64,000 nt of DNA, from contig JADKBL010000005.1 of the NCBI GenBank assembly GCA_016718875.1, positions 26,172 to 90,171 of the forward strand, given 5' to 3'. The position numbers were made by a program, and so were the translations under genes. The notes beneath the pieces were generated by a model that saw nothing but the letters and a program-made list of their open reading frames with translations, was not told the origin of the DNA and searched no databases. Of this stretch, positions 19,748 to 30,237 are shown one piece after another (position 1 is the stretch's first letter; each line of letters starts with the position of its first letter). This DNA is from Bacteroidota bacterium. GTDB lineage: Bacteria; Bacteroidota; Bacteroidia; Bacteroidales; VadinHA17.

Positions 19748-20737
19748 ATGAAAACAGCAGTCGTGGGTGCCACCGGAATGGTTGGCCAGACAATGATCAA
19801 AGTACTCGAGGAGAGGAATTTCCCTGTAACACAGCTTATACCTGCAGCATCTGAGAAGTCGGTTGGTAAAGAGATCATGTTCAGGGGTAAGGCTGTGAAG
19901 GTAGTAAGTGTACAGGATGCCGTTGATGCAAAACCTGAATTTGCCATTTTTTCTGCCGGGGCAGGTACATCAAGAGATTGGGCACCTGTGTTTGCAAAAA
20001 ACGGTACTGTGGTAATCGACAATTCCTCATTCTGGCGTATGTATAATGAGGTACCGCTTATTGTACCTGAAATAAACAGCCATGTAATCAAAAAAGGTGA
20101 TCGCATCATAGCTAATCCTAACTGTTCGACAATACAGATGGTTATGGCACTGGCTCCTCTTCACAGGAAATACAAAATAAAAAGGCTTGTTGTTGCAACC
20201 TATCAGTCGGTTACAGGAACAGGCGTCAAGGCTGTTGCTCAGATGGAAAATGAGAGAGCCGGTATCAAAGGGGAAATGGCCTATGCACACCCAATTGACA
20301 AAAACTGCTTCCCCCATGGCGGATCATTCCAGCCAGATGGCTATACAACCGAGGAGCAGAAGCTGATAGATGAGACCAGGAAGATACTTGAAGATCCTTC
20401 CATCATGGTTACGGCTACAGTTGTCAGAATACCTGTTGTGGGAGGTCATTCTGAAGCTGTGAATATTGAATTTGAAAATGATTTTGATATTGATACTGTT
20501 AAGAAATTAATAGCAGATTTCCCGGGTGTTGCAATCTATGATGATCCTTCAAAGAATGAATATCCGATGCCTCTGATGGCGCATAACAGGGATGAGGTTT
20601 TTGTCGGAAGAATAAGAAGAGACCTTTCAAAGGATAAATGCCTCAACCTCTGGATCGTATCAGACAACATCAGGAAAGGAGCTGCAACCAATGCAGTTCA
20701 GATTGCAGAATATATGTCAGCGAATAAGTTGTACTAG
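19748..20737 (+). CDS. asd: Aspartate-semialdehyde dehydrogenase
   Basis: MKTAVVGATGMVGQ, and NPNCSTIQMV containing the active-site Cys. Confidence 0.9.
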   Translation: MKTAVVGATGMVGQTMIKVLEERNFPVTQLIPAASEKSVGKEIMFRGKAVKVVSVQDAVDAKPEFAIFSAGAGTSRDWAPVFAKNGTVVIDNSSFWRMYNEVPLIVPEINSHVIKKGDRIIANPNCSTIQMVMALAPLHRKYKIKRLVVATYQSVTGTGVKAVAQMENERAGIKGEMAYAHPIDKNCFPHGGSFQPDGYTTEEQKLIDETRKILEDPSIMVTATVVRIPVVGGHSEAVNIEFENDFDIDTVKKLIADFPGVAIYDDPSKNEYPMPLMAHNRDEVFVGRIRRDLSKDKCLNLWIVSDNIRKGAATNAVQIAEYMSANKLY

Positions 20738-20739
20738 TA

Positions 20740-21935
20740 TTACTCTGCCTCAAACAGGAATTCATTGTAAGGATACCTCACTACATGTATCTTCTTTACC
20801 TCTTCGTAAAGCATATTACGTAGCTCCTCTATGTTTTCCTTTCTCTTTGCAGAAATAAAGACGCTTTTCTGATTTCTGTCCGACCCCATCCATGTCTTCT
20901 TAAGATCGGATAAGGAATAGTTTTCCCTCAGAACGGGAGTCAGATCAAATTCATCTTTTGCATTGTATGAAAATGCATCTATCTTGTTAAATATAACTAT
21001 AGTTGGCTTGTCTGCAGATCCCAGTTCTTTCAGTGTTTCATTAACAACCGTTATCTGCTCCTCAAAATTGGGATGAGAGATATCCACTACATGGATCAGC
21101 AGATCAGATTCCCGTACCTCATCAAGAGTTGATTTAAACGATTCAACCAGATCATGAGGCAGCTTGCGGATAAAACCAACAGTATCTGAAAGCAGGAAAG
21201 GAAGATTTGTGATTACAACCTTGCGAACAGTTGTATCAAGTGTAGCAAAAAGTTTATTTTCCGCAAAGACATCTGATTTGCTCAACAGGTTCATTATGGT
21301 GGACTTCCCAACATTCGTATATCCTACAAGGGCTACCCTTACAAGCTTCCCACGATTCTTCCGCTGGGTCGCCATTTGTGTATCAATCTTCTTCAACTGT
21401 TCTTTCAGCAATGCAATCCTGTCTCTTATTATCCTCCTGTCAGTCTCTATTTCAGTCTCTCCCGGTCCCCTCAGACCAATACCACCACGCTGTCTTTCAA
21501 GGTGGGTCCACATACCCGTCAGACGGGGAAGAAGGTATTGGTATTGAGCAAGCTCGACCTGTGTCCGAGCATGAGATGTTCGTGCCCTGTGGGCGAAGAT
21601 ATCAAGGATGAGGTTTGTACGGTCGAGAATCCTGCAGCCCAGCTCTTTCTCGATGTTTCTCAACTGGCTCGGGGAGAGTTCATCATCGAAGATGGCAATA
21701 TCTACCTTATTCTCAAGGATATAATCTGCTATCTCCCTGATCTTTCCCGTACCTACAAAAGTTTTGGATTGGGAGTATCAAGACGTTGTATGAATCTCTT
21801 TAGTGGTTCAGCACCTGCTGTTTCAGTAAGGAATGCAAGTTCATCAAGATAATCGTCAACTTCACGATCGGCCTGCCCGGAGTATAAAATCCCGACAAGT
21901 ACTGCTTTTTCAGTCCTTTTCTTTGTTTCTATCAT
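20740..21935 (-). pseudogene. hflX: GTPase HflX, frameshifted as assembled
   Basis: The N-fragment 21753-21935 ends ..RLDTPNPKLL*. In the shifted frame it continues FVGTGKIREIADYILENKVDIAIFDDELSPSQLRNIEKELG into ORF 20740-21663. The G-domain has GYTNVGKST, DTVGF and NKID. The shift is at the T4 run 21762-21765. Confidence 0.9.
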
Positions 21936-21991
21936 TAAAATCGTACCTGCCCTTCTCCGGTAGCCGGCAGCCTTTAGCCGGTTGCCTGTTC

Positions 21992-23167
21992 TTAATATAT
22001 AAATCTCCTGTTATTCTGTATTGCACCTCTGATGGCCATTTTCAGGTTTTCGGAACACATAATTACCATATCAAGATCTGTAGGAAATGGCACAGGCTGC
22101 TTTTTAGTTCTTGCCAGTAGTTCAGGTGACAAGGCCTGTGTGTCGCCAATTGCCCTCGAGGATACATTCTCGAAGTTCGACTGAGCTCCGATCGGATCTT
22201 TTTTCAATACCTTATTCGGATTTACCTGTATTACATCAACATCACCATCAATTCTGCATGCCTTTAACTGTACGGTTTCAACCAGGGCACACTGAAGTGT
22301 CTTGTACTTCCTGATTTTTATGTCATTCCCAAGAGTATCTCTCATCACATTTCCCTTTTTATCAAGCTTATACTCAAATCCGTCATCAATATCCCTTTTG
22401 ACAATTGAATCTTTCTGCAAAGTCTGATCCGGGGAAACTGCAACATTCTTGATATTGACATTTACGAAATAGTCATACTCAGTAGTGTTGTTCAGATTCT
22501 GGGTATGATATTCAACCCATTCAGAATTAAGGGAAGGAAGATCAAGAGCAAGCATGTCCTGTTCAAATTCAGGAGGAAATTTTATTATAGAACTATTCTG
22601 AACCGAGACAAAAACCCTGCTCATTCCCTTATATTTTGCCTCCTCAATTTTGTTGTCGATCCCCGGATAGTCGCCCATATATTGTTTTGCTCTGAGGAAC
22701 TCACCGAAGGCCTGCCTGTAATTTTCCTTTATCTTTCCTTCCATCAGCTGGTTCCCGTGTGCAAAATAGAAATCAGCAGCCTTCCTTTTGGCCTCAACCA
22801 TATCAGATATATAATCGACATATGGAAAATCCACAGGAGCACCATTCAGATTTAGAGGTGTAACAGTTCTGACAAGTGTCTGCCTGGAACTTAGAGCCTG
22901 ATATATCTGATAAATCTCATCCCAGCTGTTTGCACGGCCTTCCATTTTCAGATAACGGATCCTCTCTTGATCCAGCTCATTTGCAATTCTGTATGATTCG
23001 GAAAGAATCTGAATCTGCTTCTCATCATCACGGTCCCGTCTGAGTTCCTTAACTGCTTTATCAATTGCGGCATCGTAGTTACCTTTGCTCAACTGTTTCT
23101 TTGAGGAACTGCACCCTGCTGATAACAGAATTGAAAGAATGATAAATATTTGTAAAATCCTTTTCAT
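21992..23167 (-). CDS. Hypothetical lipoprotein
   Basis: MKRILQIFIILSILLSAGC lipobox. No recognised domain. Confidence 0.55.
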   Translation of the reverse strand: MKRILQIFIILSILLSAGCSSSKKQLSKGNYDAAIDKAVKELRRDRDDEKQIQILSESYRIANELDQERIRYLKMEGRANSWDEIYQIYQALSSRQTLVRTVTPLNLNGAPVDFPYVDYISDMVEAKRKAADFYFAHGNQLMEGKIKENYRQAFGEFLRAKQYMGDYPGIDNKIEEAKYKGMSRVFVSVQNSSIIKFPPEFEQDMLALDLPSLNSEWVEYHTQNLNNTTEYDYFVNVNIKNVAVSPDQTLQKDSIVKRDIDDGFEYKLDKKGNVMRDTLGNDIKIRKYKTLQCALVETVQLKACRIDGDVDVIQVNPNKVLKKDPIGAQSNFENVSSRAIGDTQALSPELLARTKKQPVPFPTDLDMVIMCSENLKMAIRGAIQNNRRFIY

Positions 23168-23248
23168 AGAATTGATATTAACGTTTTATAAAAATTGTAA
23201 AACAAAAAAAAGCAAAAACCCTGTATTTTATTGTAAACATTTCAAATA

Positions 23249-24037
23249 TCAGAAAATAAAATTGAGCCACATTGAATATCTTACTCTAACAGGCTGTCCC
23301 CTCTGAAGACCAGGACTCCACTTTGGGGAAGCCTGTATTGCTTTAACAGCCTCATCATCAATTATTGCAGCCACTCCCTTAACTACTGTAACATTACTTA
23401 AGGATCCGTCAGGTTCAATAATAAAGGTAAGGAAAACCTTTCCCTGGATCCTTGCATCTATTGCAGCCTGCGGGTAGTTTGTACGCCTCTGGACCCATTC
23501 CCGGAATTTATTAATATCTCCTCCCCTGAATGAAGGCATTACCTCAACCAGGAAGAAGGGATCATCTGTTGCAACTCCGTCTTGTCCGCCGGAAATATCA
23601 TCCCCTGCGCCAAGCCCATCAATTACCGACTGGTCAACAGTTGTCTGTGCAAGAACTTCATCAGTAGTCACCTGCTTTGCTTCATCAGGCAGTAAAGTAT
23701 CAACAATAACGGGTGGAACATACTTGACTATTTCCTGTACATGTACTGATCCCGGAGGTGGCGGAGGCGGAGGAACAATGATCTGATCTATTGGAGGTTT
23801 AAGGTCTTCCATCTGAAAAGAGACATACCTTATATCTCCTGAAAGTAAATTATCTGACTTTGGGCTGAGAACAAAAGGTAATATAACAACCAGGCATGCA
23901 AGTGATGATGCCATAAGTAACCCGGCAAAAACAACTTTTTTATACCGCTTCCTCAATTGAAAAGCACCATAATCCCTGTTCCTGTTCTCAAAGATCAGAT
24001 CATCAAGATCAAACACGTTTCTGAGATTATCGAACAT
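23249..24037 (-). CDS. Energy transducer TonB family protein
   Basis: N-terminal anchor, proline-rich PPPPPPPG linker, and a TonB C-terminal domain (YPQAAIDARIQGKVFLTFIIEPDGSLSNV). Confidence 0.85.
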   Translation of the reverse strand: MFDNLRNVFDLDDLIFENRNRDYGAFQLRKRYKKVVFAGLLMASSLACLVVILPFVLSPKSDNLLSGDIRYVSFQMEDLKPPIDQIIVPPPPPPPGSVHVQEIVKYVPPVIVDTLLPDEAKQVTTDEVLAQTTVDQSVIDGLGAGDDISGGQDGVATDDPFFLVEVMPSFRGGDINKFREWVQRRTNYPQAAIDARIQGKVFLTFIIEPDGSLSNVTVVKGVAAIIDDEAVKAIQASPKWSPGLQRGQPVRVRYSMWLNFIF

Positions 24038-24200
24038 TCTAAAGCCTGATTATAAACTATATTAAAAAGTCTGCCAAAATTACTAATAACAGCCATTATG
24101 CCAAAACCATGCCGCAATTATTATTTTTCAGAGGTTTGAGAGTTCGCTCTTTTTTACCACATTTGTCAGGATAGATAATATGATTCATTAAAAGAGGGTT

Positions 24201-25594
24201 ATGGCAGCACAAAGAACTCTTATAAGAACTCTTGGATTAGGTTATGTAATAATTGTTGTAATTGCAAACATTCTTGGTTCAGGAGTTTATAAAAAGATTG
24301 CCCCGATGGCAGCTGAGCTTAACTCCTCATTATGGATTCTTCTTGCATGGGGGGTTGCAGGGTTGATAACTCTTTTCGGAGCCCTTGGAAATGCTGAAGT
24401 TGCCGGGATGCTTGCTGATACCGGCGGAGAATATGTTTATATCAAGAAAATTTATAACAGGTTTTTCGCATTTATTTATGGATGGTCCCTTTTTACAGCA
24501 ATCCAAAGTGCTGCAATTGCTTCAGTTGCTTACGTCTTTGCCCAGTCACTTAATAGCCTTGTATCCCTTCCTCAATTATTTCCCAACCTTAATGACTTTT
24601 CAATTGGCGGGATTTTTACCCTTTCCAGGAGTTCAATATTAAGCTGACTGCCATCCTTCTAATTCTGATTCTTACATACCTTAATATATCCGGTTTGCGG
24701 GTAGGTGCAGGAGTAAGCAGGGCAATAATATATCTTGTTGCAGCAGGGCTGTTAACAATTGTTATTGCCGGTCTTACAAGTACGGGCTCAAAGACATTAA
24801 ATATAACATCTCCTTCAATATCAGGAGCAGCTGTAACTCTTTCATCGTTTTATACTGCTATGCTGGCAGCCTTCTGGGCATACCAGGGATGGGTATCTGT
24901 TGGGTTTATCGGCGGGGAGGTAAAAGACCCGACAAAAAATATTCCTAAAGGAATTGTGATTGGAGTATTAATAGTTATTACCATATACCTTATTGTAAAC
25001 TTTACCTATCTGACAATTCTGTCCATTTCTGATCTTACAGATATCAATGCTTCCGGAATAAAAATTGCTGCTGTAGAGGCTGTCAGAAGCTTCTGGGGAT
25101 CAGGCGGGGCTTTGTTTATTTCCCTTCTTATCCTTGTAACAACACTCAGCTGCACCAACGCTTCGATACTTACAGGAGCACGGCCTTATTATGCAATGGC
25201 CCGTGATCAGCTCTTCTTCCCTTCGCTTGGGAAGATCAACAAAAACAATGTTCCCGGAGCCTCTCTGCTCTGGCAGGGAATCTGGTCATCAATACTAATT
25301 CTTTCCGGCAATTTCGACCAGTTGACTGATATGCTGATCTTCACAGTTTTTATTTTTTATGGAGCTACCTCATTGGGGGTCTTCATACTGCGGCGTAAAA
25401 TGCCGGATGCACACAGGCCATACAAGGTTTGGGGTTATCCGTTTGTTCCTGCAATTTTCGTACTCTTCTGCATTGGACTATTCTTCAACACAATAATTAC
25501 CCGTCCACGAGAGGCAGCTATCGGTATGACACTGATTATTGCAGGAATACCAGTTTATTTATACCTGAAAAAAAAATATAAAGGACTCGATTAA
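24201..25594 (+). pseudogene. APC-family amino acid permease, frameshifted as assembled
   Basis: ORFs 24201-24647 and 24695-25594 join as ..FSIGGIF/YPFQEFNIKLTAILLILILTYLNISGLRVGAG.. The shift is at the T5 run 24613-24617. Polytopic, with GSGVYKK and GGEYVY motifs. Confidence 0.85.
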
Positions 25595-25683
25595 ATATTT
25601 GTAATAAAGGTTTTCCTGACGACTGACTCCTGTAGCCTGACACCTTTGTTCTCTTTCATCTATGATTTTTTTCATGAATTTAT

Positions 25684-25691
25684 TATATTTG
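25684..25691 (+). promoter_or_regulatory. Bacteroidota -7 promoter element (TATATTTG = TAnnTTTG) for tRNA-Ala
   Basis: Exact match to the TAnnTTTG consensus, 12 nt upstream of the tRNA 5' end. Confidence 0.35.
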
Positions 25692-25702
25692 TGGCCTTGA
25701 CC

Positions 25703-25776
25703 GGGGGATTAGCTCAGTTGGCTAGAGCGTTTGACTGGCAGTCAAAAGGTCAGGGGTTCGATTCCCCTATTCTCCA
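25703..25776 (+). tRNA. tRNA-Ala (anticodon GGC)
   Basis: Hand-folded. Acceptor gggggat/attctcc with the G3:U70 alanine identity pair, anticodon stem tttga/tcaaa with loop ctGGCag, T-arm agggg ttcgatt cccct. Confidence 0.9.
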
Positions 25777-25782
25777 CCTTCG

Positions 25783-25822
25783 CCCTCCTTATCCGCCATC
25801 TGGTAGAGAAGGAGGGTTTTTC
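25783..25822 (+). terminator. Hairpin plus T-run downstream of tRNA-Ala
   Basis: The ccctcctt / aaggaggg 8-bp stem has an 18-nt loop and is followed by ttttt. Confidence 0.5.
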
Positions 25823-25858
25823 TTCCCGGATAACTCAATCGTCTCATTCGAAGTTCTA

Positions 25859-25895
25859 TGTAAGGTTTTGTAAGAATCATGTAAGAAAGTGTAAG
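25859..25895. promoter_or_regulatory. Four direct TGTAAG boxes with 10/11/10-nt spacing
   Basis: TGTAAG starts at 25859, 25869, 25880 and 25890. A 5/6 inverted copy (attaca) follows at about 25903. Confidence 0.45.
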
Positions 25896-25961
25896 GAGAT
25901 TATTACATCCTGCCCGAAGTTTTAAATTCATCTTTGTAGGGTAAATTTTAAAACAGAAAAA

Positions 25962-26150
25962 ATGCAAAACAGGAATAACAAAGCGATGAACAGCCAGGCA
26001 CGGTTGGAGATGCTTGATGAGAATTATGATCTATTCCTTTCGGGGAAAATTACACGCTACGAATTTAGTAATTTTGTATGGGCGCACCTTATTGAAAGAA
26101 ACGGGTCAGAAACTTCAAATAATTGTTTTTGCTGTAATTCCGCGAAATAA
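25962..26150 (+). CDS. Small hypothetical ORF (62 aa) with a Cys-rich C-terminus
   Basis: Support comes from the ORF track alone. It ends ..NNCFCCNSAK. No homology recognised. Confidence 0.2.
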   Translation: MQNRNNKAMNSQARLEMLDENYDLFLSGKITRYEFSNFVWAHLIERNGSETSNNCFCCNSAK

Positions 26151-26238
26151 TAACCGTAAAATCCGGTTTCCGTTTCTTCATGAAATTTTTTCTGCTAATA
26201 CCAGAAATATTTCAAAGGATCCATATTTTTTATTTTTA

Positions 26239-26628
26239 CTAAATTCCGGCAAGTTCCTTCTTCTTTCTTTGGGAGCTTATTAAAAAAAGTACACCTGCAA
26301 GCACAAAGGGTAAGCATAACATCAGTACAATTGAAAGACTTATCCATACCGAATGATTCCTTCCGAAATTCGTTATAAATAGAAGGACACTGAAAACCAG
26401 TCCAACAAGTATAAGTATAATACCCCCAACCATTTCCCACTTCCATGCAATTATTAGTATTCCTGCAAGAATAAATGAAGGGATCAGATGCATCAGAAAA
26501 GCACCGGCATTCTGCCAGACTGTCCGTTCAGATGAAAAAGAATCGAATGCAAAAATGCTGACAAAAAGGATGGCAAGAATTACAATTATCCTTGGTAACC
26601 AGAAAAGCAGCTTTAAAGATGTTTTCAT
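26239..26628 (-). CDS. Small integral membrane protein (about 4 TM helices), function unknown
   Basis: Four hydrophobic stretches with a positively charged C-terminal tail (SSQRKKKE). Confidence 0.5.
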   Translation of the reverse strand: MKTSLKLLFWLPRIIVILAILFVSIFAFDSFSSERTVWQNAGAFLMHLIPSFILAGILIIAWKWEMVGGIILILVGLVFSVLLFITNFGRNHSVWISLSIVLMLCLPFVLAGVLFLISSQRKKKELAGI

Positions 26629-26933
26629 GATTTATTCTCTCTTAAATATAGCAAGTTACAAAATAATATTTTCGATGTCAATTTTTTCTGGTATGTATAA
26701 GCCAGCTGATATACCAGTAAGCCAGGCAGCCTTGCCTCATTTTTGATCCGGGCTGCTTTCATTCTTTCTTTCTTTCTCATAATTGACAACTTATGGCAAC
26801 AGAAAACTATAACAAAATATAAAAAGAATTGCATGTGATAAGAGAATTTTCATTCTTTTGCTAAACAATCTAAAAATAAAAGCTGTATTTTGCCGGCAGG
26901 TTTGCGAAGAAACAATGCCCTAGTGATTTCAAA

Positions 26934-28138
26934 ATGAGTGATAAGAATCTTTCATATGAAGATCTGGAAAAAAAGTTCTTCATCTGGAAACAGAATTAGC
27001 TCACGAAAAAGAGACTGAGCTCAAATTTAAAACTGTTTTTGACAACTCAGTTGAAGGGATAATCCTGACCGACGAGACAGGAACTGTTACTGACTGGAAC
27101 AAGTTTATTGCAGGCAAGACAGGCATAACCCAGGATTATGCCATCGGCAGGAAACTCTGGGACCTTCAGTATAGTCTTCTGTCAGACGAATGGAAAGAAA
27201 TGTTTCCTGTAGAGACTCTTGAACAAATATGGCTAAATCTTATTGAGACGCTTTCAGAGGATAAGCCTAAATCCAATGAAGGACAATACTTTGGAAAAAA
27301 CGGGCAACTAGTTCTTACTGAAGATATTGTATGCCCGATAATCCTGAATAATAAAAAGTGTCTCTGCATCATACAACGTGATCTGACTGAAAGAAGAAAT
27401 GCAGAGAATGCTCTGAAAGAAAGTGAGGAAAAGCTGAAACAGCTAAATGCCACTAAAGACAAGTTCTTTTCAATTATAGCACATGACCTGAAAAGTCCAT
27501 TTAACACTATTAACGGATATTCTCAATTATTAAAGAAAAGCATCAGGGAAGCAGATATTGACAGTTCGGAGAAATACCTGGAAGCAATTATTTCTTCATC
27601 ACAAAACACATACATACTGCTTAATAACCTACTTACCTGGGCAAGAAATGAGCTGGGAATGGTGCCTTACAATCCTGTAAATATCTCCGTACACAAAATG
27701 GTTGATGATGTTAATAATCTCCTTATTGCTTCTGCCCGGTTAAAAGAGATAATAATAACAAATAGTATACCTGACAAATACACTGTTATCGCAGATGAGA
27801 ATATGATTAAAACCATTGTACATAACCTGATCTCAAATGCTATTAAATATACCTGCAGGAGTGGGGAGATAGCTATTGATATAATTCAGGAAGAAACGGA
27901 AATAAAAATTTGTATTTCAGATAATGGTGTAGGAATCAGACAGGATGATCTTAAAAATCTCTTTAATATATCTAAAATCCATACCACCAGGGGAACAGAA
28001 GAGGAAGGCGGAACCGGATTGGGACTTTTGATCTGTAAGGAATTCGTTGAGAAACATGGAGGTAAGCTAGGGGCTGAAAGTGAATATGGGAAAGGTTCAA
28101 CGTTCTGGTTTTCGCTGCCATATAATACAAACCAATAA
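26934..28138 (+). pseudogene. Cytoplasmic PAS-domain sensor histidine kinase, frameshifted as assembled
   Basis: The ATG at 26934 gives MSDKNLSYEDLEKK. The A7 run at 26968-26974 breaks the frame. With 8 A the protein reads VLHLETELAHEKETELKFKTVFDNSVEGIILTDETGTVTDWNKF (PAS) into ORF 27200-28138. That ORF has the H-box FFSIIAHDLKSP and the HATPase blocks NLISNAIKY, DNGVGI and GTGLGL. Confidence 0.85.
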
Positions 28139-28148
28139 AATTGAATTG

Positions 28149-28514
28149 ATGAAAAGCTTAAAGGTTCTGATTGTTGATGATGAGCCGCATGCCAGGAATC
28201 TTCTTGAGATCCTTGTAAAGAGCTATTGCAGAGAAATTCTATTTGCCAGAAACGGATCCGAGTCTATTGACATATGCAAAAAAATAAATGATATTGACCT
28301 CATATTTATGGATAAAAAAATGCCTGAAACTGATGGATATGAGGCAACCCGACAGATTCGACTCTTTAATAAAGATGTAATAATAATTGCACTTTCTGCC
28401 TCCCATGAAGAATCGGAGAAGGATCATGCGATTATTGCAGGCAGCAATGGTTTTCTTTACAAACCTGTAGACATAGATATGCTTACAACTTTGATAGCGT
28501 CTTTTTTTAAATAG
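28149..28514 (+). CDS. Stand-alone response-regulator receiver domain
   Basis: MKSLKVLIVDDEP, the phospho-acceptor context LIFMDKKMPETDG, and ALSAS..K. No output domain. Confidence 0.85.
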   Translation: MKSLKVLIVDDEPHARNLLEILVKSYCREILFARNGSESIDICKKINDIDLIFMDKKMPETDGYEATRQIRLFNKDVIIIALSASHEESEKDHAIIAGSNGFLYKPVDIDMLTTLIASFFK

Positions 28515-28521
28515 ATCAGGA

Positions 28522-28737
28522 TTATCTGCAGTAATATCCTTTCGATTCAAGATTCTGAATCATAGCAGGGTCACAGGCTGTAAGTTCATCCGTCTTTTGC
28601 CCTGTCTGGTTATCAAACTTTCTGCAGGTTTCACACTTGTTGTAACATGAAACTGAAAAAAACAAAACTAATGCTGCCAGAAATATTATTCTGAACAAAA
28701 TAATTCTAAATTTTCTATTGTACCCTATCAAAGCCAT
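28522..28737 (-). CDS. Small Cys-rich putative lipoprotein (71 aa)
   Basis: Hydrophobic leader ending FFSVSC. The mature part has four more Cys. Support comes from the ORF track alone. Confidence 0.3.
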   Translation of the reverse strand: MALIGYNRKFRIILFRIIFLAALVLFFSVSCYNKCETCRKFDNQTGQKTDELTACDPAMIQNLESKGYYCR

Positions 28738-29231
28738 ATTCTATAAAATTACGAAATACTAACTTGATTTCAAATAACAAGTTCAACAGCATTTTAAAAT
28801 GTATTACAGAGATTAGAAAGACACACGATTTTACATCAATTGCTTTTTCCTTAAATTATATATTCAATCTCGTGTCAGATAATATTTGAAATGTTTAATT
28901 CAGCAAATCTAAATTCGACTTATTGTAATCGAAAACTTAACCCTAAAAGCAGACTGGCTCCTAATGATTCCAGCAGGTTTTAATTAAAGAATTTTTTCTG
29001 AAACCATAAGTTCAGACTAAATATCTGGTCCTGCCTTGTTACTGTTATAATTGTCTGTATAGAATAATCCAAATAAATAAATGTATAAATCACACTTATT
29101 AATTTCTCTGAACCAGGAATATGTTTAATGGATCAAACCCCATGGTTCATCAGTTTATATTGCAAATTCTTGGCATCTAATTAAAAACCGCTTACCTTAG
29201 TAAGCTCGGTATTAAAAAATCTATCATTGTT

Positions 29232-30205
29232 ATGAAATACAGGAAACTCGGCAGAACAAACTGGGAAATAAGTGAAATCGGATATGGCATGTGGGGCATG
29301 GCAGGATGGACAGGATCTGATGACAAAGAGTCGATGGAAGCAATGCAGCTTGCAGTTGACCTGGGATGCAACTTTTTCGATACAGCATGGGGCTATGGAA
29401 AAGGAAAAAGTGAAGGACTCCTTGGTGAACTTGTGAGATCTAACAAAGGGAAGAAACTCTATACGGCCACCAAGATGCCTCCTAAGAATTTCAAATGGCC
29501 AAGCAAAAGAGAACATACACTTCATGAATGCTTCCCTCCCGATCATATCGAAAAATATGTTCACTGGAGCTTAAAAAATGCTGGGCTCGACTCATTTGAC
29601 CTTATGCAATTCCATACCTGGGAAGACAGCTGGCTGAAAGATGAAAGAGGCATGAACAAGATGCTTGATCTGAAGAAACAGGGACTATTTCATGCCATTG
29701 GAATTAGCATAAACAGATGGGAGCCATGGAATGGTGTCAAAGCCGTTAAAAGCGGACTTATAGATTCGGTACAGGTTATCTATAACATATTCGATCAGAA
29801 TCCCCAGGATGAACTCTTCCCTGCCTGCAGGGAAATGAATGTAGGGATTATTGCAAGGGTTCCCTTCGATGAAGGAACGCTTACAGGTACTCTGACAAAA
29901 GATACCCGGTGGCCGGAAGGGGACTGGAGAAACACACATATTTTGTTCCTGAAAATCTTATCCCGAGTGTAGATCGTGCTGATGACCTTAAACCCCTTGT
30001 CCCAAAGGGAGTAACAATGCCTGAAATGGCTTTAAGGTTTATCCTTGGAGAACCATCGGTAAGTACAATAATACCGGGGATGAGAAAACCGGGACATGTA
30101 AGGTCAAATCTTTCGACCAGTGATGCAGGACTTCTTGATCCGGCTTTAATGAAAAAACTTGAAAAACACCGCTGGGACAGGGAACCCAGTGATTGGTCGC
30201 AATAG
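29232..30205 (+). pseudogene. Aldo/keto reductase, frameshifted as assembled
   Basis: MKYRKLGRTNWEISEIGYGMWGM and FFDTAWGYGKGKSE. ORFs 29232-29972 and 29909-30205 join near 29931-29943 (..GDWRNT / YFVPENLIPSV..). Confidence 0.85.
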
Positions 30206-30237
30206 ATTTGCTATTAGTATATTAATACAATCGGTAA

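Noticed and set aside
25646-25967. Track ORFs overlapping tRNA-Ala (25646-25873, 25731-25925, 25767-25967) and tRNA-Leu (61776-61964, 61867-62052)
   Set aside because: They translate through tRNA genes and repeat arrays, for example giving SESESESE. They are not credible proteins.
25703-29231. Possible integrated mobile element at the tRNA-Ala 3' end
   Set aside because: I found no integrase, recombinase, transposase or phage genes. I also found no convincing direct repeat of the tRNA 3' end. The best candidate near 29120-29140 matches only a few bases. It is reported only as a low-density patch.
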